Of a stretch of 64,000 bases of DNA, positions 50,034 through 61,622 are shown in pieces. The translations under genes and the position numbers were made by a program. Every line of letters starts with the position of its first letter. Positions within the stretch are counted from its first letter, which is position 1. The notes under the pieces were generated by a model. That model did not search any database. It was not told where the DNA came from and was given only the letters and a program-made list of their open reading frames with translations. This DNA comes from Heterodontus francisci (taxonomy: Eukaryota): assembly GCF_036365525.1 (NCBI RefSeq), contig NC_090373.1, forward strand, positions 97,683,461-97,747,460. The letters run 5' to 3'.

Positions 50034-52274
50034 GGATGGGCAATAAATGCTGGCCTGGCCAGCGATGCCCACATCCCATGAATGAATTTTAAAAATGTTT
50101 ATGCCATTTCTCCAAGGATTCAGCTGATCTTCTGCTGAAGTTACTCCATAATATCAGGACAGCCAGCCAAACATCACCTTCACCACCCGATGAGATTCTA
50201 TTTTAAGGAGAATCAAATGGTACATTTCTGACTGGTTCTATTCCCATATTGATAATTAACACATTGATTTGGGGAAAATAACAGTTGGAAAATACAACCT
50301 TAAGATACTTCCACTACCTCCCTAAAAGTAATCATACTATACTACAATCAGCTACTCAGCTCAGCTAGAACTTTTGACCACCAGACCACTGGAGTCTGCA
50401 TCTCTCGAATGTTGCCATTCGTATGGTAAAGGTTTGAGAAACCCCAAATAAAGAGCGTAAATAGCCATTTCAGCCACTTATCACAGTTTTCCACCAATCT
50501 TCAGCAAAACGTACAAAGGAGAATCTGGAAAACCACTATGAAAAGTCGTGGTCAGTAACTTCAGATGAGGGAATAAAGTAGGAGAGGGAAAAGTTAACTC
50601 AAATGTGTGAGGTATGACACAATAGGTAGACATAATGAAGCACAAACAAGATTTAAATAATTGATAGATTGGCAAAATATAATGTAGCTTTCATAATTAA
50701 GTTTTAACAGGAGATATCAAAGTGAATCATCCATATTCATTTGAAATAATTGGATTGAGTCATTGTTAAATTGCAGTAAATCTAGGTTCAATAGAATGTT
50801 TAAAACAAGGAGTAACAGTAATTATGCAACATACCACTATCAGCAGTAAATATTAACAAACATTGTTAACCCAAGGATATTATAGGGTTTGAACTCCTTC
50901 ATCTTTTCTTTGTTCAGTATTTCTTTGTTTGCCTACCAGGACAATACATGTTATGTGTTATTTAAATGAACCAATAAACACTTGACAAAGGATTAACAAG
51001 ATTGGTTGCAACTCTGATGCAAACCAGAAATCCTAATTGGCCGCACTATTCTACGTCAATTAGGCTGGATTCAAAACCAATACTTTATGCCTTTCATGTT
51101 AGAGTATGTCCCTGTAATTCAGTACGTGCACTGGATCTAAGATATTTCAAGAGAAGTCACAAAGAGGGATCCATGAAAACGAAGACCTGAGTTGGAGCAA
51201 CACTTATCAGATTTCACCATCAAGAGCCTAGAAAAATTCTTCAAGCACAAACGCATTCTCTGGTTAAGGTATTCATTTGGCTGCGGTGAGATTTTGTGGA
51301 AATCTGTGAGATGTGATTTGATCAGCAGTAACAGTGCTCCCACAGCCTGTATCATTGTCACTCCAGTTAACTTGAGATGAATATTGAATGATTGATATTA
51401 TGCTATAAACTTAGTTAAAGTTAAAAGAAGTCACTGCTGCAGTCATTATAAAAGTGGTAATATTTGTTAAATGCTCTTACAAAGTTTGCAAATTTTGTTT
51501 CATCTTGACTTGTGAAGAAACAAATAGGTCAGAGCCATTCCAAGGATCTTTTCTGTTGTGACCAGCATTGCGACAGAGTGACAGTGGAACTCAGGAGTCA
51601 GGTCCAGTGTCTTTATAATTTAAATATAGTGTTCAGCTGGGTTTAAAATGTGATCTTTGGACATCCATTGCATTCCCTGAGATTACCCAGAGCTTAATTA
51701 AAAGTATTGAGAGTGTAGGTGCTTAGATGAATGCTTTCAATGCATTTAAAATTTAATAGCTTGGAACAGAGCTTTGTGTATGTGTATAATTACATGGGTA
51801 TAAACAAGGTACTGCTTGGGTGGAACCGTTACTATATTGACCAGTTTCAAGCCAGTAGCTACAGCATAAATACATCATCATGTTAATAAAATGTTTAAAT
51901 CAATCCAGTACAGAAATGAAATCTGTGAGCTCCCTTGATGACTCTCTTTCTGGAGTTTACACAGTATAAGATGGATCGCACAGACCAGCAGCTTCCAAAT
52001 ATGAACGCTGAATAAATTTCTCTCAGCTATGGCCCTATCATCTGAACTGGGTTTTATAAATATCTATAATAAGCCATTGAACTTTATCCACTGCATGAGT
52101 GAATACAGGATTCATAGGAACTGATAAATAATCATATTAAATTGTACCAAATGTGCTTTTCCACAGGAATTAACTTCAAATACAAAAGGATTCAACACTA
52201 GATCGAGATTACCACAAACTCCTATTTTCTGAATTGTCTCATTTCTATCTCAAGGTTTTACTGAAAGAAGAAAA

Positions 52275-53312
52275 ATGAATTCAACACAACTTCAGGATAT
52301 GGGGGACACACAATTCTGCTTTGAATTTGTCAATATTTCCTGCCCCAAAACCAACAGGTCGACAGCAGTCCATGTAGCATTATACATCCTCTTTGTAGTT
52401 ATCATAATAATTACAATTTTAGGCAACTCGCTGGTGATGCTTTCAATTTTGCATTTTCGGAAACTACAGACACCCACCAATTATCTTGTACTTTCACTCG
52501 CTGTAACTGATTTTCTAGTGGGGCTCATTGTTTTGCCTTATAGTATGATTAGGTCTGTTGACACATGTTGGTACTTTGGAGATATATTTTGTAAAATCCA
52601 TTCCGGTTTGGACATGGTCCTGACAATAACATCTATTTATCACCTGTGTTTTATTGCCATTGACCGCTACTATGCTGTGTGTGAACCTTTGCTCTACACT
52701 ACAAAAATTACTCTGCCTGTAATTGGTATATTTATTACATTTAGTTGGGTATTTTCTATAGTTTATGGATTTGCTTTAATTTACTCAGACGCTAATGTGT
52801 ATGGAATAGAGGATTATATCAGTGCCATTTCTTGCTATGGTAGCTGTGTACTCATATTTAATAAATTATGGGGCCATCTGGATCCACTGATAGCATTTTT
52901 TGTTCCTGTTTTGGTTATTGTCTATATATACCTCAAGATATTTTTTGTGGCAAGACAGCATGCTCGAGCAATTGGAAACGTAATGCACAGAAAGAACGTG
53001 AAACAGGAAAACAATATCGGAGGTTCCCACAAAAAAGAATTCAAGGCTGCAGTAAAACTGGGGGTTGTAATAGGTGTCTTCATTATCTGCTGGTTGCCAT
53101 TTTTCATAATTACTATTGTTGATCCTTACATTGATTTCTCAACACCACCAGCAGTATTTGAAATGTTTGTATGGCTTGGTTATTTTAATTCTACTTGCAA
53201 TCCAATGCTTTATGCCTTTTTTTACCCCTGGTTTCGCAAAGCACTAAAAATGATTATTTCTTGTAAGATATTTGAAGACGACTCTACAATGCTGAATATG
53301 TACCCAGAATAA
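52275..53312 (+). CDS. TAAR: Trace amine-associated receptor, 345 aa, TAAR13-like diamine-binding residues
   Basis: QFCFEFVNISC, GNSLV, LAVTDF, D3.32 (D113), DRY, W4.50, D5.42 (D203), KAAVKLG, CWLP, D6.58 (D283), W7.40/Y7.43 and NSTCNPMLYAFFYPWFRKALK. Acceptor at 52165-52166, AATAAA at 53563-53568. Confidence 0.96.
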   Translation: MNSTQLQDMGDTQFCFEFVNISCPKTNRSTAVHVALYILFVVIIIITILGNSLVMLSILHFRKLQTPTNYLVLSLAVTDFLVGLIVLPYSMIRSVDTCWYFGDIFCKIHSGLDMVLTITSIYHLCFIAIDRYYAVCEPLLYTTKITLPVIGIFITFSWVFSIVYGFALIYSDANVYGIEDYISAISCYGSCVLIFNKLWGHLDPLIAFFVPVLVIVYIYLKIFFVARQHARAIGNVMHRKNVKQENNIGGSHKKEFKAAVKLGVVIGVFIICWLPFFIITIVDPYIDFSTPPAVFEMFVWLGYFNSTCNPMLYAFFYPWFRKALKMIISCKIFEDDSTMLNMYPE

Positions 53313-54928
53313 CCACATTTTACCAAGTAGGAGATTGTTAATAACCTGTTCTTTGTGACACCAATGAGCTGTATACTCTGTGATAGCACTTTCTTTTAGA
53401 GGCATAATTGTTTCATATTCTATTGAAATATAGTTTGCTCTGATACTTATGAATATGTATTTGAAAATTCTGACAGTAAACTTGTAATGTGTATAATAAG
53501 TTCTATTTTAATGTAAACATGTTTTCTACATGTTACAGAGGAAAGTGCATGCTGTAAACGTTAATAAAGCAATATCAGTGTTTAGAAGATCCATACTGAA
53601 TTCAAAAAGGTGTACCTGTGCAGGGTCTTGTGATATTACAGAACTGCCAATGGTATCGGTGCCAATAGCCTACCCCTGTGCTGGTCAATACAAGCTTGAC
53701 ACATTTTGAGATTTCCCTCTATGCTGTCATGAAGAGGTCTATGGGCTGGATTTTCATTATGGAGACGGGAAACAGGAACCAGGTCTGAAACCCGCCTCTG
53801 GTGGGAAACTGATTCAGATAGAGATTTTAAAATAGGTGAGCCCTTAATTGGTATGGAGACAGATTTCCTGTCCACTTAGAGCCACTGGGGCTGAGAATGA
53901 AGGTGAGTAAGATCAAGTGTGGGGCTCATGTAAAGTCCCATGGCATCCATCACTGAGGCTGCTTGTTGTCCTGAGGGAGAGATCTGCCTTTCACTGCACC
54001 AGGGAGAAGTGAGATCTCACAGGGGAGCCAGAGGCCTGGCACTAGGGGCAGGGCAGACCCTTGCTTCATCGATGGCGACCTGTATTTAATGCTGCAGGCC
54101 ATGAGGGAGAGAAGAGTGGTCCTCCTCCCAGAGGGCGGCAGGAGGAGGCCATCTTGGCATGCAGCAGGGGCATCTCTTGTTATTCCCTTCCATCTCTTCT
54201 TCCTCCTCCTCCGTTACGTCCTGCTTCACCCCCAAAGAGCTGCTTCATTCCAGGGCCTCACTGTTCTCAAAGTCCACACCTCTCTGGAGGGCCATGTTAT
54301 GCAGTGCGCAGCAGACCACCACAATGACTGAGACCCTTGCAGGAAGATATTGGAGGGTTCCATCTGACCAATCCAGATACCAGAATCAATGGCCTACTCA
54401 ATGTTTGGCCTGCTAAGCAGGTGGTATTGGTTGTATTGCCTCTGTGCCTCTGTCTGGGGCTCCCATAGAGGGGTCAGTAGCCATCTCTTCAAGGGATTTC
54501 CCTTGTCCCCTTGGATCCATCCATGCACTTTCAGGGATGGAGTGAAAATCCAAGGCAGTCTGGACTGGCGTAGGATGAGGTAGTCATGGCAGCTGCCAAG
54601 AAAACGAGCACACACATGGAGCAAGCTCTTGTTGTGGTCGCAGACCAGTTGAACGTTGAGGGAGTGGAAGGCTTTCCTGTTGATGGATCTCACTGGCCGG
54701 TTACTGGGTGCCTTGATGGGCCACATGGGCGCAATCGATGATGTCCTGCACCTGGAGGAATCCAGCGATTGAGGCTGGACCCAATGTCCTCCGTGCCAGC
54801 ACAGGCCCATTTGTGTGAAAGTGGATGTAGTACCTCGCCCTCTGGAATATGGAATCCGTGACCTGCCTGATGGCTTGATGAGCTGCCGACTGCGAGATGC
54901 CACCTAGGTCAACAGCAGATCACTGGAA

Positions 54929-55060
54929 CAATAATAAAAGCAAAATGCTGCAGATGCTGGAAATCTGAAATAAAAACAGAAAGTGCTAGAAATACTCAGC
55001 AGGTCTGGCAGCATCTGTGGAGAGAAAAACAGAGTTGACTTTTGAGTGGGATATGACTCC
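54929..55060. mobile_element. Penelope-type terminal repeat fragment nested in the Harbinger transposase
   Basis: aataaaagcaaaatgctgcagatgctggaaatctgaaataaaaacagaaagtgctagaaatactcagcaggtctggcagcatctgtggagaga, the same repeat as 63713-63847. Confidence 0.65.
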
Positions 55061-55757
55061 TGACCAGGTTGCATAGAAATTCAGGGCACGGTGTCCTTAA
55101 TGGCTGCAGGTAAGGGACTGCCATGGGGGGGTGTGAGGCCTTAGGTCGTTGTGTATCAGAGCACACAAGATGGAGACCATCTGCCTGGATAGGCGCGCAG
55201 CCTCCTACAGCACTGACGCTCTGTCATTTGCATGTAGCTGACTCTTGAGCGGTAGACCTGATGTATTGGGTAGCGCCTTCTTCCCCTTGCAGCCCCTGCT
55301 GTGTTCCTCTGGCCTCCTGCTGTCCAGGAGTTTGCATTTGCTGAACCACATCCTGTCTGCTCTGTCCAATGTTACAATGGCCTGTTCCCATCTGAGCTCC
55401 ATCAGTTGTGATTTGTTTGTTCACCAGGCCGTCCCCTGCCAACCCCAGCTACCCAAGTGGTGCCAGTGGCTCTCTGGATTTCTGCCACTCACCACTGAGA
55501 AAAGCAAGTCTCACAGCTGCGGCAAAGGTCACTCTGTGGCACTTTTGGAGCAGCTAAGCTTTATTTTGTGTCTTTGCATTATTTTAATCAGCCCTTACCA
55601 AAGCCCACATGGTCCCCCGCAGTATTCATGACTTGTACACCCTGACCTGTTCCACTCATAGCGTTCTCCCCGTTCCCTACCTTTAAAAATCCAAAACTGC
55701 CGCTAACAAGCCTGTTAATGAGCTCCATAAAGAGCTCAACAGGCAAATAATTGGAGG

Positions 55758-56052
55758 TCATAGAGTCATAGAGAGATACCCCTTTGGCCCACTGAGTCTG
55801 TGCCGACCAACAACCACCCATTTATACTAATCCTACATTAATCCCATATTCCCCACCATTCTCCTACCACCTACCTACACTAGGGGCAATTTACAGTGGT
55901 CAATTTACCTATCAACCTGCAAGTCTTTGGCTGTGGGAGGAAACCAGAGCACCCAGCGGAAGCCCACGCAGTTACAGGGAGAAATTACAAACTCCGCACA
56001 GGCAGCACCCAGAACCGAACCTGGGTCGCTGGAGCTGTGAGGCTGCGGTGCT
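55758..56052 (-). mobile_element. HE1-like V-SINE, 5' end clipped
   Basis: Homologous to 15759-16100, with a (tatgactc)-type tail at 55758-55772. Confidence 0.85.
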
Positions 56053-57087
56053 GTTCCGCAGGTATGAGGGGTTGACATTCCTTCCCCCTGGCGTCCCTTT
56101 AGAAATGGCTTTGAAGGCGACGGGTACCCGTGCCAAACTTTGAGAATGCGATCTTTAATTTGTGCTCGCCTTAACACCCAGCGGGTTTTAAAAATCCAGC
56201 CCAAAATGGCAAAATGCTACAACTAAATTAAAGATGGCTCTCAAGCACTTTGATTTGTTGGACCGCAAGGCTATCATATTTAAAGTAAGATTCAGCAGAG
56301 GGATCTGAACCAATGTATTTCGGTAATGAAAATTAGCTTAGACATTTTAGTAATTGTTGACACCTATAGTGGTTGAGTTGACTTGATTAATTTGAGCTCA
56401 CAAGGGATAGTTGCAAGGATAGTCTAGTAAAATTCCTCGGCTTGTGGTCAGAATGAACAAAAAGGGAACAAAAACCCACATTCAGGGCCAGCCAAGTTGT
56501 ACAAAGGTGTTGTCATATTAATGCAGCAAAATAAACCAGCTCATCTTGCCAGTGACTTCATCAGTTCTGCTTGGATAAACACACATGGGGACTTTTACAA
56601 GTCTATCGTATCTGGTTCATCGTCAAGGGGGATGCATTGTTGCATTCATTATGTCTATATAGATATTGGCAGCTTGAATCAACTCTGTAATGTAAGACAC
56701 ATGCCCAGATTTTGCTGTGGTAATGCTGATAAAACTGTCAGCGTTCGACATCATTACTCCACTGAAACTGACAGCAACTTTGGGAGCTCAGGCAAGTGCA
56801 GAATAATGCAGAATCCAGAATTTTCTGTCAGTGAGTCTACACTTCTGTATAGGATACACTGCACAGGTTCCCACAGACTGCTATCTTGCAACAATGAATT
56901 CATGAGAACTTCCACTCTAATGCTGCTAGTCTCACTGTAAAACCTCTGGAAAAAGTTACAACTTGTTGAAAGAGGTGTAACTGGGTTTTTAACAGCTTAC
57001 TAACTTCATAATTGCTACTACATAGCCTGACTGGCCCTGAAAAGCTTATTTTATATTTGTGGAATGTCAAATTTCTCCACAAATGAT

Positions 57088-59171
57088 TGTTTGGGAGAGA
57101 AATGCAATATTGTACTAATGTGCCTCCTGGCTTGCCGTATTCATGTGACCTCTACCATGAGGCACTCACTGCAGGCATCCATCAGAAGACAGTTCAATAA
57201 AGCCACAGTACAAGCAAGACTGTTGTCCTGTGAGATCGTAATATGATGTCAGGAGTGGGATGGGATTGAGTGTTAAAGAGCTGCAAGGAAGCACAGCTAC
57301 TAAAAGAGAAACACAGGAATGTTCAGAGCTGCTGAAAGCTGCTAAAAGCCTCAGAAAAGGAACAAAGAAGTGCTGAAAGCACTGGGTAAGACACAATGGC
57401 TACAAATCTTCCTCTCCCAGCACCAGTCCAAATGAAAGGTGATATGAAGCAGAAGTGGCAGTTTTTCCACTCACAATGGGATGGATTTTACAGCCACCCC
57501 CCCAGCCCGCCCAACATCAGGGGTTGTGGCTGGGGTGGGGGTTGGAAAATGCCCTCAAGCTGAGGAATTTTGCTACACCATGATAATATCTGCTCCAAAG
57601 CATCTGCAAAGAATGTTACTCCAGTTACAGAGATACATCTGGACTTGACATAGAAAATAGTGCACAAAGGAAATAGTCATTATCCCGAAGGAGTTGAGAG
57701 GAGAGATGCTAAAGCACATCCATGTAAGCCACCAAGGAACTGAGACAAGTCTGAGGAAGGCAAAATAAGTGCTGTACGGGCCAAACATGAGCAATGAAAT
57801 CAAGGACCACACCAGCCAGTGCAGTGCATATAATGAGTACCAAGCTAAGCAAAATAAAGAGCCGCTAGTGACACATGACATCTTAGACAGACCATAGATG
57901 AAGCTGGGAGTAGACATCTTCACTCTCACAGTAACTGATTATCTTGTCACCGTAGGCTGCTATTCTGACTTACTGGGAGGTAGACCAGCTGACCTCAACG
58001 ACTACTCGTGAGATTCTAGAATGCCTGAAAGAGTCATTATGGCATTCCAGACATTGTAATGAGCGACAATGGCCCTCAGTTCATGAGTGAAGAATTCAGC
58101 TGCTTCATAAAGGATTGGGAAATTCAACACCATACATCATCTCCACCCTATCCCTAGTCAAATGGAAAGGCTGAGACCGCAGTGAAAATTGCCAAAGGAA
58201 TCATAAAGAAATCGAGCAAATCCGGCACAGATGTATCAAGGCAATCCTCAAATGGAGAAACACATCTACTGAAGGCATGGAAAGTAGGCCAGTACAAAGA
58301 CTAATGTCATGCCGCACCCAAACCACTCTTTCAATAGCGAAAAAGCTACTGAAACCAGAAGTAGTAACAGGCATGAGTGACAAAATCAAGGTGAAACGGC
58401 AGAAAGACAAATTTCATTTTGACAAAACTGCCAGACAATTGCCAGAATTGAGCATTGGGGAGCCAGTCAGGGTACAAATCTTTAACGCTCACACCAAGAG
58501 TCAGCCCAAGTGGCAACTTGGGACCTGCATGGAGCAGTTGTCACCTCAATGGTATGCGGTGAAAATGAATGACCAGATATACCGTCGCAACCGCAGGCAC
58601 ATACGCACAACTGGAAAAGCTGTTCCTTCACTGCAGGCAGCCGATCAGGCAGATGTGAACTGACCATCTGCACAGGCCACAGATCAACCATCAGTCCCAG
58701 AGGTCCACAGCACACCAGTAACAGAAATGTAGCAATAACAGTTACCGTGGCAACGACAAGTGACATGGGAACGACCCCCCCCACCCCCGAGAAGGTAAAT
58801 CAGCCAGATGAACAGCCAACAACAACATGCATGTGCACAATTAAGAGACCAGCACAATTTAAAGACTATGTGTGCAATGCATGTGCTGAGGCTGACGAGA
58901 ATAATGAACTGCTAATGCATGAGAACAGTTGTGTGCGTAGTGGGTACCTTGGGCAACTCACAGTGTAAATGATAATGTATGCACATTTCTTTCATTTTTT
59001 TGCATGAAAAGGGGTATGTTTGGGAGAGAAATGCAATACTGTACTAATGTGCCTCCTGGTTTGCTGTAGTCATGTGACCTCTTCCATGAGGCACTCACAG
59101 CAGGCATCCATCAGAAGGCAATTCAATGAAGACACAGTGCAAGCAAGACTGTTGTCCTGTGAGCTCGTACA
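57088..59171 (+). mobile_element. Internally deleted Gypsy (Mag-type) LTR retrotransposon with both LTRs
   Basis: LTRs 57088-57243 and 59017-59171, 5-bp TSD ATGAT (57083-57087 and 59172-59176), PBS-like tgatgtcaggagtgggat at 57244, PPT gaaaagggg(ta). gag start at ~57397, APKHLQRMLLQLQRY, integrase zinc finger and SDNGPQF...SNGKAE. Confidence 0.9.
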
Positions 59172-59959
59172 ATGATTAAAAATTCCACATACTTTGAAAC
59201 ATTTTTTTCCCTTTTTTAAAAGTCTGTTTATCGTTATGTTTACCTCTATGTTAATACTGTCATATTTATTTTGTTATCTGAAAATCTAAATTAAAAGTGA
59301 AGCATTTTAAGTGCTTTTAACTTCAAAGTTTGCTGTGTATTAATTTAATTGGTTTCCTACCTGCTTGCTGACATCAATATTGCTCAATACCAAGAAATCC
59401 TTGATTTGGCACCAAATTTAAGCTGCTGTCGGGGAAGGGAAAATTTCCACCACAGAGATTGCTAGAACTTTGTGGGAAGCTTTCTTTAAGGTCAGCAACA
59501 AGCGCCATTGCTTATGAATCCAGGAAAGCATCTATAGCCTAACCAAATTTGAAACATAGCACTGCTGGAGGACATGTCCATGATCACACTGAACATAGAA
59601 GAATACCTATCACTACTTATAATCCCTTGCTCATAGTTGTCTGTTACAATTGTGTAAGCACATTGAAGCCACTGATGATTTCACTGTGGAGTGCAGACAC
59701 CAAACCTGCCATATCAGTTCTGAGGAATACTGCTTGCTTTGCTTAAAGCCTGTCATTTAGACAGTTGAATTATTAAATCTTGCTTTGCTCTGTGTTGCTC
59801 ATTGAGCCAATGAAAATCTTACTTTTTATAGTATTTGAAGCCACCATCTAGGGTTTTCTGCTTCTGTACTCACCACTCACATGATTTTCTCTCCATTCAT
59901 TTTAATGGATGGAAAAACTCAGACAGGCATATGCAGGGTACATTGAAAAACCAACATTC

Positions 59960-61020
59960 CACTTTGGCTGTAGCATGAGATGGAGATGGAGCAGAGGCAG
60001 CAAAGAAGAGGACAAGGGGCTCACAGAGTAAGGAGGAGAGGAGAAGGGGTCTCAGTAGGAGACCTTATCCACCTAGCATCTTCCAGGAGCACTTCTCTTA
60101 CCTCTAAGCAATGTGTGCCTCATCTGCACTTTATGAAGGAGGTGCTCACTGAAATTTGTCACCTCTTGCAACCAGATCTGCAGCTAAGAGTCATGCGAGA
60201 ACAGCACTGTCAGTGGCTGTGAAGGTAACCGTGGACCTGAATTTTTTCATATCGGAATCCTTCGAGATTGGAGCACTTAACATTCTAGCATCTCTAACAT
60301 CTCTCAATTCACTATCCCCTGCTGCATCAGAGAGGTGACAGACACACTTTATGCTTGGAGAGGAGCATTCATTGTGTCCTCTCTAAACAAAGAGAAATAG
60401 GTGGAGCATGCACAAGGTTTACCAGGCTTCCCCAAGATGTAGGGTACTATCGATTGAACAGATGTAACTTTGTGAGTGTCGCATCTCAATGTTGCAGTGT
60501 ACCACGATCACAAAGGTTATCACTCGCTGAAAGTGCAGTAGGTGTGCGGCCATGCTCAGCACACCGTGCTGGTGAATAGCCATTATCCTGGCAGCAGACA
60601 TGATGCTTTCATTTTGCCTGAGTCTGCTGTTCCCTTAATCTTTCAGCCACCATCTCATGGTTGCTGGGCAAAAAGGGCTACCCACTTTACACCTGGCTCA
60701 TGAATCTGCAACCGAACCACATGTGGCCAGGCCAGCATGCCTACAATGTCAGCCAGGCTGTCATGAGAAACATCATAGAGCAGACCATTGGTGTGCTAAA
60801 GCAACCGTTCCGTTGCCTTGACCACGCTGGAGGAGCCCTCCAACACTTGCCAGAGTGGGTGCCCAGATTCATGGTAGTCTGCTGTATCCACCGCAAACTG
60901 GTCTTCATGAGGGCACAGTCTTTGCCACCAGGGATACTGCAAGCACCTCAGAAGAAGGAGGAAGAGGAGGAGGAAGAAGAGGAGCATGAGCATGTTACGT
61001 CATCTTCCCTCTTCCTGTAG
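59960..61020 (+). mobile_element. Decayed Harbinger transposase
   Basis: VAVKVTVDLNFF, KGYHSL, LGKKGYPL..WLM, HAYN..QAVMRNIIEQTIGVLKQPFRCL...VVCCI and an acidic tail. Frameshifted. Confidence 0.75.
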
Positions 61021-61149
61021 CTCAAACATTCTTCTACAATGACATCCAGTACCTGCTGAGCCCGAATGCACCACCCCTTTAAGAGATATAGGCATAAACT
61101 GAGGCATACAGCCCTCTGCTGAGCCATACAGCCACTAAATAGCAGTTAG

Positions 61150-61622
61150 AGTCATAGAGTTTTACAGCACAGAAACAGGCCCTTCGGCCCCATGCGCCTG
61201 CGCCGACCATCAAGCACCCGTCCAAACTGATCCCATTTCCCCGCATTTGGCCTATAGCCTTGTATGCTATGGTGTTTCAAGTGTTCATCTAAAAACTTCT
61301 TGAATGTTGTGAGTGTTCCTGCCTCTACCACCTCTTCAGGCAGTGTGTTCCAGATTCCAACCACCCTCTGGGTGAAAAGATTTCTCCTCAACTTCCCTCT
61401 AAACCTTCTGCCCCTTACCTTAAATCTATGCCCCCTAGTTATTAACCTCTCCGCTAAGGGAAAAAGTTTCTTCCTATCTCTCCTATCAATGCCCCTCATA
61501 ATCTTGTACACCTCAATCAGGTTCCCCCTCAGCCTTCTCCACTCCAAGGAAAACAACCCCAGCCTATCTAGTCTGTCTTCATAACTGAAATGCTCCAGCC
61601 CAGGCAATATCCTGGTGAATCT
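61150..61622 (-). mobile_element. CR1 LINE 3' end, close to the family at 20954-28457
   Basis: ORF 61152-61607: LPGLEHFSYEDRLDRLGLFSLE...FTQRVVGIWN...; tail gggccgaagggcctgtttctgtgctgta plus (ctctatga)n. Confidence 0.9.

Larger units (their letters stand above)
46831..50095 (+). mobile_element. ORF1-less APE-RT LINE (CR1-group RT) with a tRNA-derived SINE head; candidate Pol III-transcribed LINE (this copy is dead)
   Basis: SINE head 46831-47158, APE (LLTNIWGL, ILTESYL, GDFNVH, ILDLVLTN, SDH), RT (NYCPIS, QFGFR, LDIKATFD, VPQGSVLGP, CADD), stop at 50033, 3' UTR. No sense-strand TTTT from 46831 to 50086. Confidence 0.88.
53743..56202 (-). mobile_element. PIF/Harbinger element with a decayed transposase and no recognisable Myb gene
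   Basis: TIRs GGGCTGGATTTT (53743) and AAAATCCAGCCC (56191-56202). Minus ORF INRKAFHSLNVQLVCD...GSCHDYLIL...GDKGNPL...WLLTP...YNQYH...IE. Confidence 0.85.

Noticed and set aside
46811-50120. TSD bracketing the SINE-headed LINE
   Set aside because: Only loose similarity (aatgctttt versus aatgtttat), so it is not used as evidence that head and ORF moved together.
43857-50485. One LTR split by later insertions (TGTTATGA at 43857 and TTATCACA at ~50485)
   Set aside because: The flanks give no matching TSD, and there is no second copy in the window to confirm it.
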